Assembly: GCA_963793865.1 (NCBI GenBank)
Contig: CAWCBP010000001.1
Span: forward strand, 512,001 to 576,000
DNA: 64,000 nt
Origin: an uncultured delta proteobacterium
GTDB taxonomy: Bacteria; Desulfobacterota; WTBG01
Reading direction: 5' to 3'
Shown here: in pieces, positions 19,301-29,824 of the stretch
How the letters are laid out: the number at the start of each line of letters is the position of its first letter
Numbering within the stretch: position 1 is the stretch's first letter
Notes under the pieces: generated by a model
Database searches by the model: none
Seen by the model: the letters and a program-made list of their open reading frames with translations, nothing else
Told to the model about the DNA's origin: nothing
Translations under genes and position numbers: made by a program

Positions 19301-21674
19301 ATGAAAAAGTTTGCTGATTTTGTAATTGAGAGAAGGGGACTGGTGCTCATCATTATGGGGCTGATAACGCTTTTCTTTGCATTCAATATGGTCAATTTGA
19401 AGGTGTATACCAAATTTGCCGACCTGTTGCCGCAGGGGCACGAGTATATAAAAACCTACAACGGGATCCGGGCCAAGTTCGGCGGCGCCAACACCGTGAC
19501 CATGATCTTCCAGGTGCGCAAGGGGGACATCTTCAATCCCGCCACCCTGAAAAAGATCCGGGAGATAACCGATGAGCTGTATTACCTCCCTGCGGTGGAC
19601 CGGTTTAAAATTACTTCGCTGGCGGTGAATACGGTGGTGGATATGAAACTCATCTCCGGCGGGTACGATTTTGTTCCCCTGATGTTTCCCAACGTGCCCA
19701 AAACCCAGGTGGAAGCGGACGAGTTGAAGGAGAAGGTATATGCCAGCGTTTTTTACGGCGGCCTGGTCTGGTTTGACAACAAAAAGACCCTGATCACCGC
19801 CGATTTCTTCGATGACGAGATTGACTACTCGGTGGTCTTCAAGGAGCTGATCAGGATTCAGAAGAAATACGAGGATGATAATCATATCCTGAGCATGGCC
19901 GGGGAGCCGCTGCACCTGGGATACATTAACAGCTACGTGGGCACCATCATGACCATCATGGGCATGACCCTGGTGGTGATGCTGGCGCTGTTTCTCTTCT
20001 ACTTCCGCTCGTTCCGGGGCATGGTGCTGCCGGTGTTGATGGCCATAATCAGCGGCATCTGGGGCATCGGGTTTCTGGTGCTGCTGGGCTACAGCCTGGA
20101 CCCGCTGGTGATGGTCTTTCCTTTCCTGGTTGCGGCCATGGCCGCCTGCCACTCGGTGCAGGTGATCAAGCGCTATATTGAAGAGTGCGGCATCACCAAG
20201 GATGTGAAGGCCTCGTGCAAGAAGGTGATCGAGGAGCTTTTCGTCCCGGGCTTTGTGAGCATCATCACCGACGCGACCGGGATCATGCTCATCGCGCTCA
20301 CCCCCATCAAGATCATGCAGATGATCACCATTGTCTGCACCTTCTGGTCCATCGTGACGGTTCTGATCGTCATGTGCCTTTTGCCGGCGATGCTTTCCTA
20401 TTTATCATTTCCCCATAAGTCAATTGCCCGGGCTGAAAAGAAGAGCAACCTTGACTTCGGGCTGATGCGCCTGGGGGCGTGGATTGCCCGGTGGGGCTGC
20501 TGGCCGATTCTGGCGGTCTTTTTGCTGCCTGTTTATCTTCGGCGCCTATTATGCCCGGACCATCCAGGTGGGAGACGCGGTACCCGGCTCCTCGCTGCTC
20601 TGGCCCTGGCACCGCTTCAACCGTGACGGATTCCGCATCTCCTTCGCCATGCCCATCTTAAGCCCGCTGCTGGTGGTGATGGAGGGTGAAAAATATCGCG
20701 ACCTGGTGAGCTGTCCGGGTAAACCCTACATGATGTGCGGGGACAACTTCAAGGAGATGGAACGCTTCGAGCGCTACATGAAGGAGACGCCGGGGAGGCT
20801 GGTGATGTTCACCCGCTCGGTGATCAGCACCTTTTCCGGGGCGGGCTGGCTGGCCCACGAGGGCGATCCCAACTGGTACTTCTTCCCGACCAATGACCGG
20901 GAGACCATCTACAGCTTCCGCAGGGTTACCGAGATGGGCACGCCCGGCACCGCCGACCGGTTCTGCGATCCCGGCGAGGACACGGCGGCCAACATCATCA
21001 TTTACTGCCGGGACAAGATGACCCCCACCATCAAGACGGTGATGGGCAGGATTAAGGAGTACATGGAGACGCGTTCCCAGCTGGCGCCTCCCATGCACTA
21101 CAAGCTCTGCGGAGGCGAGTTCGGGGTGCAGGCGGCCATCAATGAGATTATCGAGGAATACCAGTACACCACCGGAACCTGGGCGCTCATCCTCATTTTC
21201 GCCTTCTGCTGCATCTTTTACAAGAGCTTCATGGCCGGTATTATCCTCATTCTGCCGCTCATCGTGTCCAATTCCATTGCCTTCGCCATGATGGCCACCG
21301 GCTTTTTCTGGGCGATACCCACCCCGATCACCATTACCACCAGCACCCTGCCGGTCACCGCGGTGGGGATCGGGCTGGGGGTTGACTTCGGGGTGTACCT
21401 GTTGAGCCGGATCAAGGATGAGTACGGGCTGGTCCATGACCTGAGCAAGGCCATCGAGAACGCCATGCTCACCACCGGCAAGGCGGTGGTGTATTTGTCG
21501 ACCACCCTTACCGTGGGCATTTTCTTCTGGGTGATTTCGCCTTTGATGTTCCAGGCCATGATGGGGCTGTTTCTGGCCATCGTGCTGTTCCTGAACATGG
21601 TCGGGGCGCTGCTGCTGGTACCCAGCTTCGTGGTGTTGTTGAAGCCGAAGTTCATCACCGGGCAGGCAAAGTAA
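19301..21674 (+). CDS. MMPL/RND-family membrane transporter (frameshift near 20524)
   Basis: Two hydrophobic repeats with periplasmic loops; FGGAN, GIGLGVDFGVY, TTGKAV motifs. Confidence 0.88.
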
Positions 21675-21841
21675 TTGTTCAGCAAATGTACCGAAGTTAA
21701 TCGTGATCTTGATATCCATTGCTGAGGTCGCCGATGCTTATTAGTAAAGGGGCGGGAATAAGATTGATCCATTGATTCCTTGCATCACTATGTTCTCAAA
21801 CGGTGATTGCAGCTTGAGCGCTTTAATTTTTTAATCATTTA

Positions 21842-21870
21842 TTGACAAGAATTGGTAATGCTGGTAAAAA
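21842..21870 (+). promoter_or_regulatory. putative sigma70 promoter for DUF1302/DUF1329
   Basis: TTGACA-N17-TAAAAA with an extended -10 TG. Confidence 0.45.
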
Positions 21871-21926
21871 AGTCACAATGCTTAAAATAATTATATAAAC
21901 CTTTCTCAATGGACAAGGGGGGTATC

Positions 21927-23612
21927 ATGCATAAACGATTGTGGGGTATTCTCTTCATATCCTTCCTGGCAGTGCTCTTTGTTAACCCTTCGGCATCGCT
22001 TGCCCGCTTTTACCTCCTTGACAAAAAAATAGAGATTAACGGCGTCATCGAGGAAAAGTGGAATTTCAAGTATGGCATGAAGGAGTGGGAGAAGGGAAGG
22101 GCATCAGATGTTTACGGCAATAAGAAATGGGCGTCAGACGGCGGTAAGGTGGAAAACCCGGCCATGATGAAAACCCATCTGCATCTTGAGGCCCTTTACC
22201 ACGCCTATCAGCAGGGGAATACGGTGCTTGATTTTTATACCCTGTTTGAATGGTTCTATGACGTAGCCCCTGATATCAATGGTTCCTGGGGCCGCGGTAT
22301 GTCTTCCTATGACCGCAACAAGTATCAGACCCCGCACGGATGGGAAATGATCCGGGAACTGTACCTGAATTACGTCAGCGGTCCCTGGACGCTCCGCCTT
22401 GGTAAGCAAATGGTGGTCTGGGGCGAGACGGGCCTGCAGCGGACGGCGGATGTGGTTAACCCGCTGGATACCAAGTCTCACATGATGGGGGTGGATGACT
22501 GGGAGGATTTCAAGAAGGGGCTCTGGATGTTCCGGGGCTTTTACCAGACGAGTTTCAAAAACGACCTTACCCTGGAGACGATCTTTGTTCCCTATGATGT
22601 GCAGGCCATGGACCTTCCCCCGGAAGGCACGATGTATAACACCACCTATACCGGTGGGTTTACGTCGAGAATGTGGCGGCGGTGGAAGCATGATGAAGTC
22701 AATGAGCGCGGCCTGCACGATGCACAGGGGGGCTTCCGGATCAGGGGATTTAACAAGGACTGGGACTGGACCGTTCTCTGGTACAACGGCTATGAAGCAA
22801 CCCCGGTATGCGTTGACTGGGGACAGCGGGCTGATTCCTACCTGCCGAAAACTGCTTTCGGCTGGCAGAATGTTGCGCTGGGAATCGGGGGGTTCAATCT
22901 CTTTGCGGCGGAATACAACTACACTAAGGCTACAACCGGCGTCAGCCTTGCCTATCCCAAAAACAGGATGTTCAGGTACTATCGGGGCAATAATATAGGC
23001 GCCACTGCTACAAGATACATCTACACCTTGCCCGTTTTCGGCCTGTTTGAAATACCCCTGAAATCAAACGTCCGGTTTGAAGCAGCTTATAAGCCTGGCA
23101 CCCATTTCAACCGGATGGAAGTAGTAGGAGCAAGTACCTGGCTGGTGAAAAATGTCACCCGCAGGGATCTCATCGGCTATGCCATGGAAATCGGTCATGA
23201 TTTCATGCCCCGGTTTATATGCAAGTATAACGGTGAACGGAGCGTTGATGTGACCTTTGGAATGTTTCAGGACTGGATATTGAACCATGACCGCAATCTC
23301 AACGTGTCAGGGTATAACCGGGGAGCTGGTGATGTCAGCACCACCTCCTTCAGCCTTGATGCCACCACGGACTGGATGAATCAGGAACTCATGACCAAGT
23401 TTAACTATTCATATAACACCAGCGGATACGGGTCTTTCTGGGCATTTTTTCAGTACGCGCCCGGCCAGCACTGGAGATTTACCCTGCTGCCCCGGATAAC
23501 CTGGTCCAATTCCGGACCCTTTAACAACAAGGCAGATCTTAGACACCAAGCCCAAACGAACAGTAATGATACACTCAATTATATCCACTTTAAAATCGGC
23601 TATCTGTTCTAA
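21927..23612 (+). CDS. DUF1302-like outer-membrane beta-barrel
   Basis: Signal peptide, IRELY...LRLGKQMVVWGE...DVVNPLD, C-terminal KIGYLF; neighbours are YCF48, MMPL and DUF1329. Confidence 0.8.
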   Translation: MHKRLWGILFISFLAVLFVNPSASLARFYLLDKKIEINGVIEEKWNFKYGMKEWEKGRASDVYGNKKWASDGGKVENPAMMKTHLHLEALYHAYQQGNTVLDFYTLFEWFYDVAPDINGSWGRGMSSYDRNKYQTPHGWEMIRELYLNYVSGPWTLRLGKQMVVWGETGLQRTADVVNPLDTKSHMMGVDDWEDFKKGLWMFRGFYQTSFKNDLTLETIFVPYDVQAMDLPPEGTMYNTTYTGGFTSRMWRRWKHDEVNERGLHDAQGGFRIRGFNKDWDWTVLWYNGYEATPVCVDWGQRADSYLPKTAFGWQNVALGIGGFNLFAAEYNYTKATTGVSLAYPKNRMFRYYRGNNIGATATRYIYTLPVFGLFEIPLKSNVRFEAAYKPGTHFNRMEVVGASTWLVKNVTRRDLIGYAMEIGHDFMPRFICKYNGERSVDVTFGMFQDWILNHDRNLNVSGYNRGAGDVSTTSFSLDATTDWMNQELMTKFNYSYNTSGYGSFWAFFQYAPGQHWRFTLLPRITWSNSGPFNNKADLRHQAQTNSNDTLNYIHFKIGYLF

Positions 23613-23647
23613 TAACCGGCAGCATTGAGGGAAGGGAGGAAAGGAAT

Positions 23648-24989
23648 ATGAAGGAAAGCAGGAAATGGTGTAGTGTTGTAATGGTAATAATTATGGCGCT
23701 CGTTTTCACCGGCGCGATTGCGAGCCGGGGTGCTGCTGTGACCACCGAGGAACAGCTGAAAAATTGGCCGGCGGCCTGTTATCAGGGCGCGGACCTGGAA
23801 AAGGTGCGCGAGTGGGAAAAGACCTGGGTGGGGAAGAGGATCAACAAGGATAACATCGACCAGGTGAAGGAATTTTTATCAGACCAGTTTTACGAAATGT
23901 TTAAGAACCCTGCCGATTGGGGTGCCGATGATATATGGTTTGAAATTGTCCCCTACAAGCAGATTCTTCCCACCCCGGGACAGGAAGCCATGACCAGAAA
24001 GTATGCGCCGACGGCCACGCTGGACCCCAATCCCCGCAAGGCGTTCTGGGATGGTGGGGTTGGCCCAAATGAGTTTCTGGTGGGCTGGGAAACGGGTGCG
24101 TCAGCCGGCTTTCCCTTCCCCTTCCCCCAGTCGGGAGTGGAAATGGCATGGAACCTTGAATCAATCACCAATGGTGATTCCAAGTCGTACAGCAGGGATG
24201 GCGTGGTGGTGAATCCCCGCACCAGGACGGAGCGGCGCGCCGTTCAGCCGTACATCCATGATTTTTATACCGGCCGGTGTGATTATGAACCGCTTCTCAA
24301 AAAACCCGACAACCCCAAGGGGATACGCCGGGCCATGTATCTGTACATAGACGAGCCTCTGGATGTGAGAGGGACCAGGTACATGGAATTGCGCTACCTC
24401 GACCTTACCAAACCCGATGATGTGTGGGTGTGGTTCCCGCTCTTCCGCAGGATACGGCGCATGGGCTTTGCCTACAAATCAGATACCATTGACGGCACTG
24501 ATCTTGGTCCCGATGACGAGGGCGGTTGGAACGGTCATATTAACAGAAAGAACTGGAACATTGTCGGGCGGAAAGAGATGATGCTGGGCCGGCATACCAG
24601 ACACGAAAAAATACACCAAGGTAACCGGACAGGCCCTCTGGAGCGGCATGCAGCTGGAGCGAACAAACGCTTACGTCCTGGAGTCGAAATTCAAGGAGAA
24701 AGACGCGGTATACAGCAAGGAAATTATGTATATGGATCCCGAGTCCTGGCATTGTCTGCAGAAGGTCACCTGGGACCGGCAGGGGAGAGTATGGAGGCAT
24801 TTCCTGTTCCACACCATGATTTATAACGATCCCAAGAAAAACATTGACCATGTGCATACCTTTGAATTGTATTCCAGCGACCTGCAGCGCAGGCACGGAT
24901 GCCCTTCCCTGGATCTGGTCAAGGAGATCGGCATTGACATAAAGAATGACTTCTGGACCATTCAGAACCTGCAGAAGATGGGGTACTAA
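23648..24989 (+). CDS. DUF1329 (LolA-like) periplasmic protein (frameshift near 24599)
   Basis: INKDNIDQ, GFPFPFPQSGVEMAWN, EPLDVRG, WVWFPLFRRIRR, WDRQGRVWR. Confidence 0.85.
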
Positions 24990-25019
24990 CCTCGGAGCAG
25001 TTTGCGCAGCATGATCATA

Positions 25020-25052
25020 AGAAAGCCCTCATCGTTTTGAGGGCTTTCTTTA
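25020..25052. terminator. intrinsic terminator between convergent genes
   Basis: AAGAAAGCCCTCA-loop-TGAGGGCTTTCTT. Confidence 0.75.
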
Positions 25053-25118
25053 TTGGGTTCGGCCGGAGGTCGTTTCAAGTCATCCTGCGACATCGATCGC
25101 AGTGTCCGGAAATGGCTG

Positions 25119-26063
25119 TTATGCGTGCACGGCGATGCAGGGTTCATCAGGGCTGCGATGTATTTCAACCGTCAGGTGGGCAAGGTCTTTAAATCCGGAT
25201 AGAAGCTTTTTGTAATGCACCGGATCTTGGGGGAAGTGGGTGACGATGGAGATGATGGCGGACATCTGGTGGGAGCCGACAATCCAGACATGAATATCCG
25301 CCACCCGGTTGTCGGCATCAGCTTCAATGGCGGATTTAATGGCGGCAACCGTCTCCTTGTCGGCCACGCGGTCAAGCAGAATCGCGCTGGTGTCGCGCAG
25401 CAGCCCGTATGACCACCTGGCAATGACCAGCGACCCCACAATGCCCATAAGGGGATCCATCCATACCCATCCAAAAAACTTTCCCGTGGTCAGTGCAATA
25501 ATTGCCAGCACCGATGTCAGGGCATCCGCGAGCACATGTAAATAAGCCGCCCGCACATTGTGATCTCGGTGACCGCTCATGGAAAAATCATTTTCGTGGC
25601 TATGAGGGTCTTCGTCCCTGAGCATGAAGGCGCTCGCGAGATTGACCATCAGGCCCACAACGGCAACGCCTATGGCGGCATTAAATTGTATGGGAACGGG
25701 GGAGAAAATTCGCTGAATTGATTCGAAACCCATGAACAGTGCTATCACCAGCAGCACCACGGCGCTGGTGAAGCCCCCCAAAACTCCCACCTTGCCGGTG
25801 CCGAAGCTGTAATCGGGGTTCTCAGCGTTGCGGCGGGCAAACCTGCAGGCAAACGCCGCGATGCCGAGCGCCCCGGCATGGGTGCCCATGTGCCAGCCGT
25901 CGGCCAGGAGGGCCATGGAGCCGAACAGCAGGCCGGTAAAAATTTCTATGACCATCATGGAGACGGTGAGCAGAACGACGCGCAGAATATTGCGCTCGCT
26001 ACGGGCGTCCGGCTGGTCAAAGCAATGCTTGTGCTGCCATTTGTAGAGATTATAGATATGCAT
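25119..26063 (-). CDS. dmeF: CDF-family Co/Ni efflux transporter (DmeF-like)
   Basis: SMALLADGWHMGTHA, FGTGKVGVLGGF, DHNVRAAYLHVLADALTS, DIHVW. Confidence 0.85.
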   Translation of the reverse strand: MHIYNLYKWQHKHCFDQPDARSERNILRVVLLTVSMMVIEIFTGLLFGSMALLADGWHMGTHAGALGIAAFACRFARRNAENPDYSFGTGKVGVLGGFTSAVVLLVIALFMGFESIQRIFSPVPIQFNAAIGVAVVGLMVNLASAFMLRDEDPHSHENDFSMSGHRDHNVRAAYLHVLADALTSVLAIIALTTGKFFGWVWMDPLMGIVGSLVIARWSYGLLRDTSAILLDRVADKETVAAIKSAIEADADNRVADIHVWIVGSHQMSAIISIVTHFPQDPVHYKKLLSGFKDLAHLTVEIHRSPDEPCIAVHA

Positions 26064-26252
26064 GGTTTAGGCTCCCCGGTAGCCGTGCTGCCTGCTCCCG
26101 TTTAGGTTTCCAGAATACCACAGCGGCAGAACAGGCGCAATTTTTATTGCTGACCGTTCACGCGGCATGCGCACGGGGAGCAGCGGCCTGAGGCGCGAAC
26201 ACTTTCTTTATATGCATTCTCCATACAACCTGTCTGATATTTGTGAAATAGA

Positions 26253-26275
26253 GTAGGGGCGACCGGCCGGTCGCC
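26253..26275. repeat. GTAG-type REP-like palindrome (degenerate copy)
   Basis: GTAGGGGCGACCGGCCGGTCGCC, identical over 23 nt to the copy at 33450. Confidence 0.7.
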
Positions 26276-26436
26276 TCCGCACCTGATTGAGATAATTCGG
26301 CTCGCAGGGATGCAGCTCTGAGAAAACTTTCTTGACATAGCTTTAGCAGGTGATTTATGTAACAGCACCAGTGCTTGTCACTTCGGATAAGCTCCGCGCG
26401 GCCCTTTCATTTTCAGTTATCGGGAGGAATTTATTT

Positions 26437-26967
26437 ATGCAAAATTTCCTGCTGCTGTTTTATGCGTTTATCAAGGTGGGTATTCTGGGGTATGGGGGCG
26501 GCCACTCCATCATCCCCTTTATCCAGGTTGAGGCGGTTGAGAATTATAAATGGATCAGCATGGAGGAATTTACCGATACCCTGGCCATGGCAAATACACT
26601 ACCCGGACCCATTGCGGTGAAGATGTCATTCATGGTGGGATATAAAACAGCGGGCCTGAGCGGCGCAATGGTCTGCCTGCTGGGACTGCTCCTGCCCTCG
26701 CTGCTGATGATGCTGGCCCTCACCTCATTGTATTTGCGCTACAAGGATTTACCGGCGGTAGAGGGGCTGCTCAAGGGGGTGAGGCCGGTGGTATTTGCGC
26801 TCCTCGTGCTGGTAACCTGCCAAATCTGGCCGTCAAGTATCGTTTCCTGGCCGACCGCGCTGATCGCTGCGGTCTCACTCTGCCTTATGGGCTTTTTCAA
26901 CGTCCATCCTGCCATGCTTATGGTGGCGGGGGCGGCGATAGGATTTGCCTTCTGGGGACGCGGTTAG
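26437..26967 (+). CDS. short-chain chromate transporter (CHR family)
   Basis: KVGILGYGGG, ANTLPGPIA, GVRPVV; GGAGG RBS. Confidence 0.85.
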   Translation: MQNFLLLFYAFIKVGILGYGGGHSIIPFIQVEAVENYKWISMEEFTDTLAMANTLPGPIAVKMSFMVGYKTAGLSGAMVCLLGLLLPSLLMMLALTSLYLRYKDLPAVEGLLKGVRPVVFALLVLVTCQIWPSSIVSWPTALIAAVSLCLMGFFNVHPAMLMVAGAAIGFAFWGRG

Positions 26968-26999
26968 GGGATCGCTGTCACGCCGGTCAGGAATAAACG

Positions 27000-27032
27000 A
27001 AAAAAATCCCCCGACTCATTCGGGGGATTTTT
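27000..27032. terminator. bidirectional intrinsic terminator
   Basis: AAAAATCCCCCGA-loop-TCGGGGGATTTTT between convergent genes. Confidence 0.8.
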
Positions 27033-27069
27033 GCAACTCACGGTACCGGCTGGCAGTCCATCCTGAGGT

Positions 27070-28179
27070 TCAAGCAGCCTTGCCAAGCGCTTTCACCCGT
27101 GCCTTTTCCTCCGGCGCCCTCCTGAAGCTTATTACCCCTTTAAAAGGACATGCTTCCATGCAGCTGAAGCAGAGGCAGCAACTTGCGGGCATTTCATTGT
27201 CCTGGTTGCGGATATCGATGAAAAAGGGGCATGCCTCCTCGGCTTTACAAATCTTACATTCTTTGCACAAAGATTTGTTATACCGCAGGCGCCAGAGGCT
27301 TCCCTGTCCGCACATGGCCCGGTAGGATGAGAGCCAGCAAAAATAGGTGCAGACTTTCCGCCAGGGCATGAAAAGAGAAAGACCGATGAGCCCGTACATA
27401 AATGCAACCGGATACCACATGACCCCGGTGAGATCAAAAACCGTTTCAGAAAAGAACATGGGAAACCAGCAGAGGAGCAGGGTAAAAGGCAGATACGGCG
27501 CACTCTTGTCTATCTGGCCGCTGATATACATTGCAGATGTATGGCTCTGCTCTTCAATGGCCTTCGGGAGATTACTGATGGGCCTCTTGAAGGTCAGGTT
27601 TTTATAAAAGGCATCCTGCATAGTGGCATTGGGGCACAGCCATCCGCACAGGACCCGGCCCATGATAAAGGGAAGGATGGCCACGGTGAACACATGGAAC
27701 ATTCCCCAGAAGAGGAGATCACCCCGGGAGCCTTTGATAAAGGCAAACGCAGTAACGGTTGCCCATAGCATAAATATGAATGTCTGGACAACAGTTCGCG
27801 CGCTTACTATCTTGAGACGTTGTTTTTTAGCGGGCTCTTCATCCGCTGTTCCGGTGATGAGGAATAGAAATGGGAGCAGGCTGATGAGCATGACCAGTAA
27901 AAACTGGATTGCGTTTTGCCCGCTCGGTTCCTTCTCAATCAGAATGGGGTAGGTTAACATTCCGATGATTGCCGGCAGGAGCCAGAGGTGGGCTGCCAGC
28001 TTCACCCGGCTCAGGAAATAAGGCTGGTGCAGCAGAAGAAAGAAGCCTGCGCCGAAAGTAAAGATAATGCCGGGCTGGAGAGCCTTAATCGAGGTAAAAA
28101 CCCCGGCGAGGTAGACAATTATTGCAGCGATCAGTGCGTATTTATTGATGTTGATAAAACGCTGTTTGGTTATAACCAT
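27070..28179 (-). CDS. membrane 4Fe-4S protein (NapH/MauN/CcoG-like polyferredoxin)
   Basis: Many TM helices, GRVLCGWLCP, RKVCTYFC, C-terminal CKECKIC...ACP and CCLCFSCMEACP; AGGAGAGG RBS before MVITKQ. Confidence 0.82.
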   Translation of the reverse strand: MVITKQRFININKYALIAAIIVYLAGVFTSIKALQPGIIFTFGAGFFLLLHQPYFLSRVKLAAHLWLLPAIIGMLTYPILIEKEPSGQNAIQFLLVMLISLLPFLFLITGTADEEPAKKQRLKIVSARTVVQTFIFMLWATVTAFAFIKGSRGDLLFWGMFHVFTVAILPFIMGRVLCGWLCPNATMQDAFYKNLTFKRPISNLPKAIEEQSHTSAMYISGQIDKSAPYLPFTLLLCWFPMFFSETVFDLTGVMWYPVAFMYGLIGLSLFMPWRKVCTYFCWLSSYRAMCGQGSLWRLRYNKSLCKECKICKAEEACPFFIDIRNQDNEMPASCCLCFSCMEACPFKGVISFRRAPEEKARVKALGKAA

Positions 28180-28190
28180 GGTACCTCTCC

Positions 28191-28838
28191 TTAGTGAGCA
28201 AGAGCTGCTTGCAGTTTCGGCAGGAGTATTTGCCATTCCCCAGCCGTGATCATGAGCCCGGAGGCCAGATATATTGCCATGAAAACAATGCCGACGCAGA
28301 TGACCCCCCATCTCCTGGTGCGTACCACCCCGGTTCTTCTGCCCAGCATCCACAGGCATATCATGTAGAAGCAGAAGTTTAAAACGATGTAGTTCCGGGG
28401 ACCTTGAATGGCGCTTTTGGTGAGGGCTTCTACCGTTTGCGTGCCCATGTTTTCCACCAGCGTTTTAACCGCGTGGGAGAGGGTTCCGTTCAAAACGGCA
28501 ATGGGCAGGAGTGTTACCGCGGTAAAACGAAGCGTGTCCACATATTTGCGATCCCGCAAAACAATGTGCATGAAAATTGCAAGAATGGCTATGAGACTGA
28601 ACCCGATCACCGCTCCTGCCGTATTGGTAAAGAAGCGCTGCAGGTTCTCATTATCGGTTTGGAAGATTGTTTTCAAATATTCCGCGAGGTTTATGAGAAA
28701 TGCCGGAAACTGGGCCCGAAAAAGGTCCACCGTTTTCTCATCAGCAATCCCATATGCCTTGCCGAACATGTAGCCGGGAATGAAGATTTCTAAAGCCCTG
28801 GCCCACTTGGCAAGCGGTGTCGTATAGTTGTTTTCCAT
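28191..28838 (-). CDS. hypothetical membrane protein
   Basis: 215 aa, about 4 hydrophobic segments, GGAGG RBS, operon spacing. Confidence 0.7.
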   Translation of the reverse strand: MENNYTTPLAKWARALEIFIPGYMFGKAYGIADEKTVDLFRAQFPAFLINLAEYLKTIFQTDNENLQRFFTNTAGAVIGFSLIAILAIFMHIVLRDRKYVDTLRFTAVTLLPIAVLNGTLSHAVKTLVENMGTQTVEALTKSAIQGPRNYIVLNFCFYMICLWMLGRRTGVVRTRRWGVICVGIVFMAIYLASGLMITAGEWQILLPKLQAALAH

Positions 28839-28881
28839 CAGTTTTCCTCCGCATCACTTACGTGGATATTAGATGTATGGT

Positions 28882-29694
28882 CTATTCGGCCGGCTTCTCC
28901 GGTTCCGGTGTTTCCATTTTCACCTCAGCGTCTTGTGCCTCTTCCTTGTAAAGGCCCTTCGCGATCATGTCCTCCTTGAGTTTGTCGAAGTATTCGATTT
29001 CCTCCTGTAATGCCTTAAGCTCCTGCTTCATGTGGGGCCCTTCGTATTTCAGGTAAAAGGACTGGGGTGTCTTCCACTGGCCGGAGCCCATAATGACAAG
29101 AGAAACGGCTATGTAGAGGATGCAGCCCATGACGGTTTTCTTTTCGAGCGATGCCGCTTTGCGTGCCAGGTAAAGGAGTACAAGGCAGGCAATGGCTGCT
29201 ATACCAGTGACATAATTGGCGATAACCGGCATCATCTCAAGGGGAATGCGGGATGAGTAATTCTCCATGTAGAGCTCGAAGGACCAGATGCTGAGAAATG
29301 TCATCAGAAATACGGCAACCGGGTTCTTTATGGCCTTCGTGCGCCATAGAATCTTCAGCAGGATCCACCCGGCAACAACATAGTAATAACCGCCCAGGGA
29401 CTTTATATCCAGGCTGCTGAACTGGGTGATGACACCTTCCGGTACCGGAAGAGATGCCATCTCCCCGAGAAAGGGCCATCCGAAAAGTGCCGCGAAATAG
29501 CCATAGAGATATGCCTTGCTTTCCTTGGCTTCCGTGCAGGTGCGATAGAAAAGAAAACCGAAGATCGTTGCCAGTATTGGCACGTAAAAAAGATTATAAT
29601 TGGCAACCGGCTTCATCCTCAGGGGAATCATGGTGAGAACCGAAATGAGAAAGCAGCCTTGTCCGGCAAGGGCAATGAGTATGGCTCGTAACAT
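28882..29694 (-). CDS. hypothetical polytopic membrane protein with charged C-terminal coil
   Basis: About 7 TM segments; AAGGAG RBS. Confidence 0.7.
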   Translation of the reverse strand: MLRAILIALAGQGCFLISVLTMIPLRMKPVANYNLFYVPILATIFGFLFYRTCTEAKESKAYLYGYFAALFGWPFLGEMASLPVPEGVITQFSSLDIKSLGGYYYVVAGWILLKILWRTKAIKNPVAVFLMTFLSIWSFELYMENYSSRIPLEMMPVIANYVTGIAAIACLVLLYLARKAASLEKKTVMGCILYIAVSLVIMGSGQWKTPQSFYLKYEGPHMKQELKALQEEIEYFDKLKEDMIAKGLYKEEAQDAEVKMETPEPEKPAE

Positions 29695-29762
29695 CGCTTA
29701 GCTCCTTTGGATAATTTTGTCAGGGGAAACAGGTGGTCTTTAATAAGCGGGATTGCTTGTAA

Positions 29763-29791
29763 GCTATAGCTAATGCCTGTAGCTATGTCAA
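29763..29791 (-). promoter_or_regulatory. sigma70 promoter with internal palindrome
   Basis: Minus strand TTGACA-N17-TATAGC, with ATAGCTA-N7-TAGCTAT spanning the spacer. Confidence 0.55.
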
Positions 29792-29824
29792 GCAAATATT
29801 CCCCCTTATGATATGTATCTGCTG

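Noticed and set aside
20519..20524. Programmed frameshift or phase variation at short homopolymers
   Set aside because: Tracts are short, and similar indels occur throughout the window outside homopolymers.
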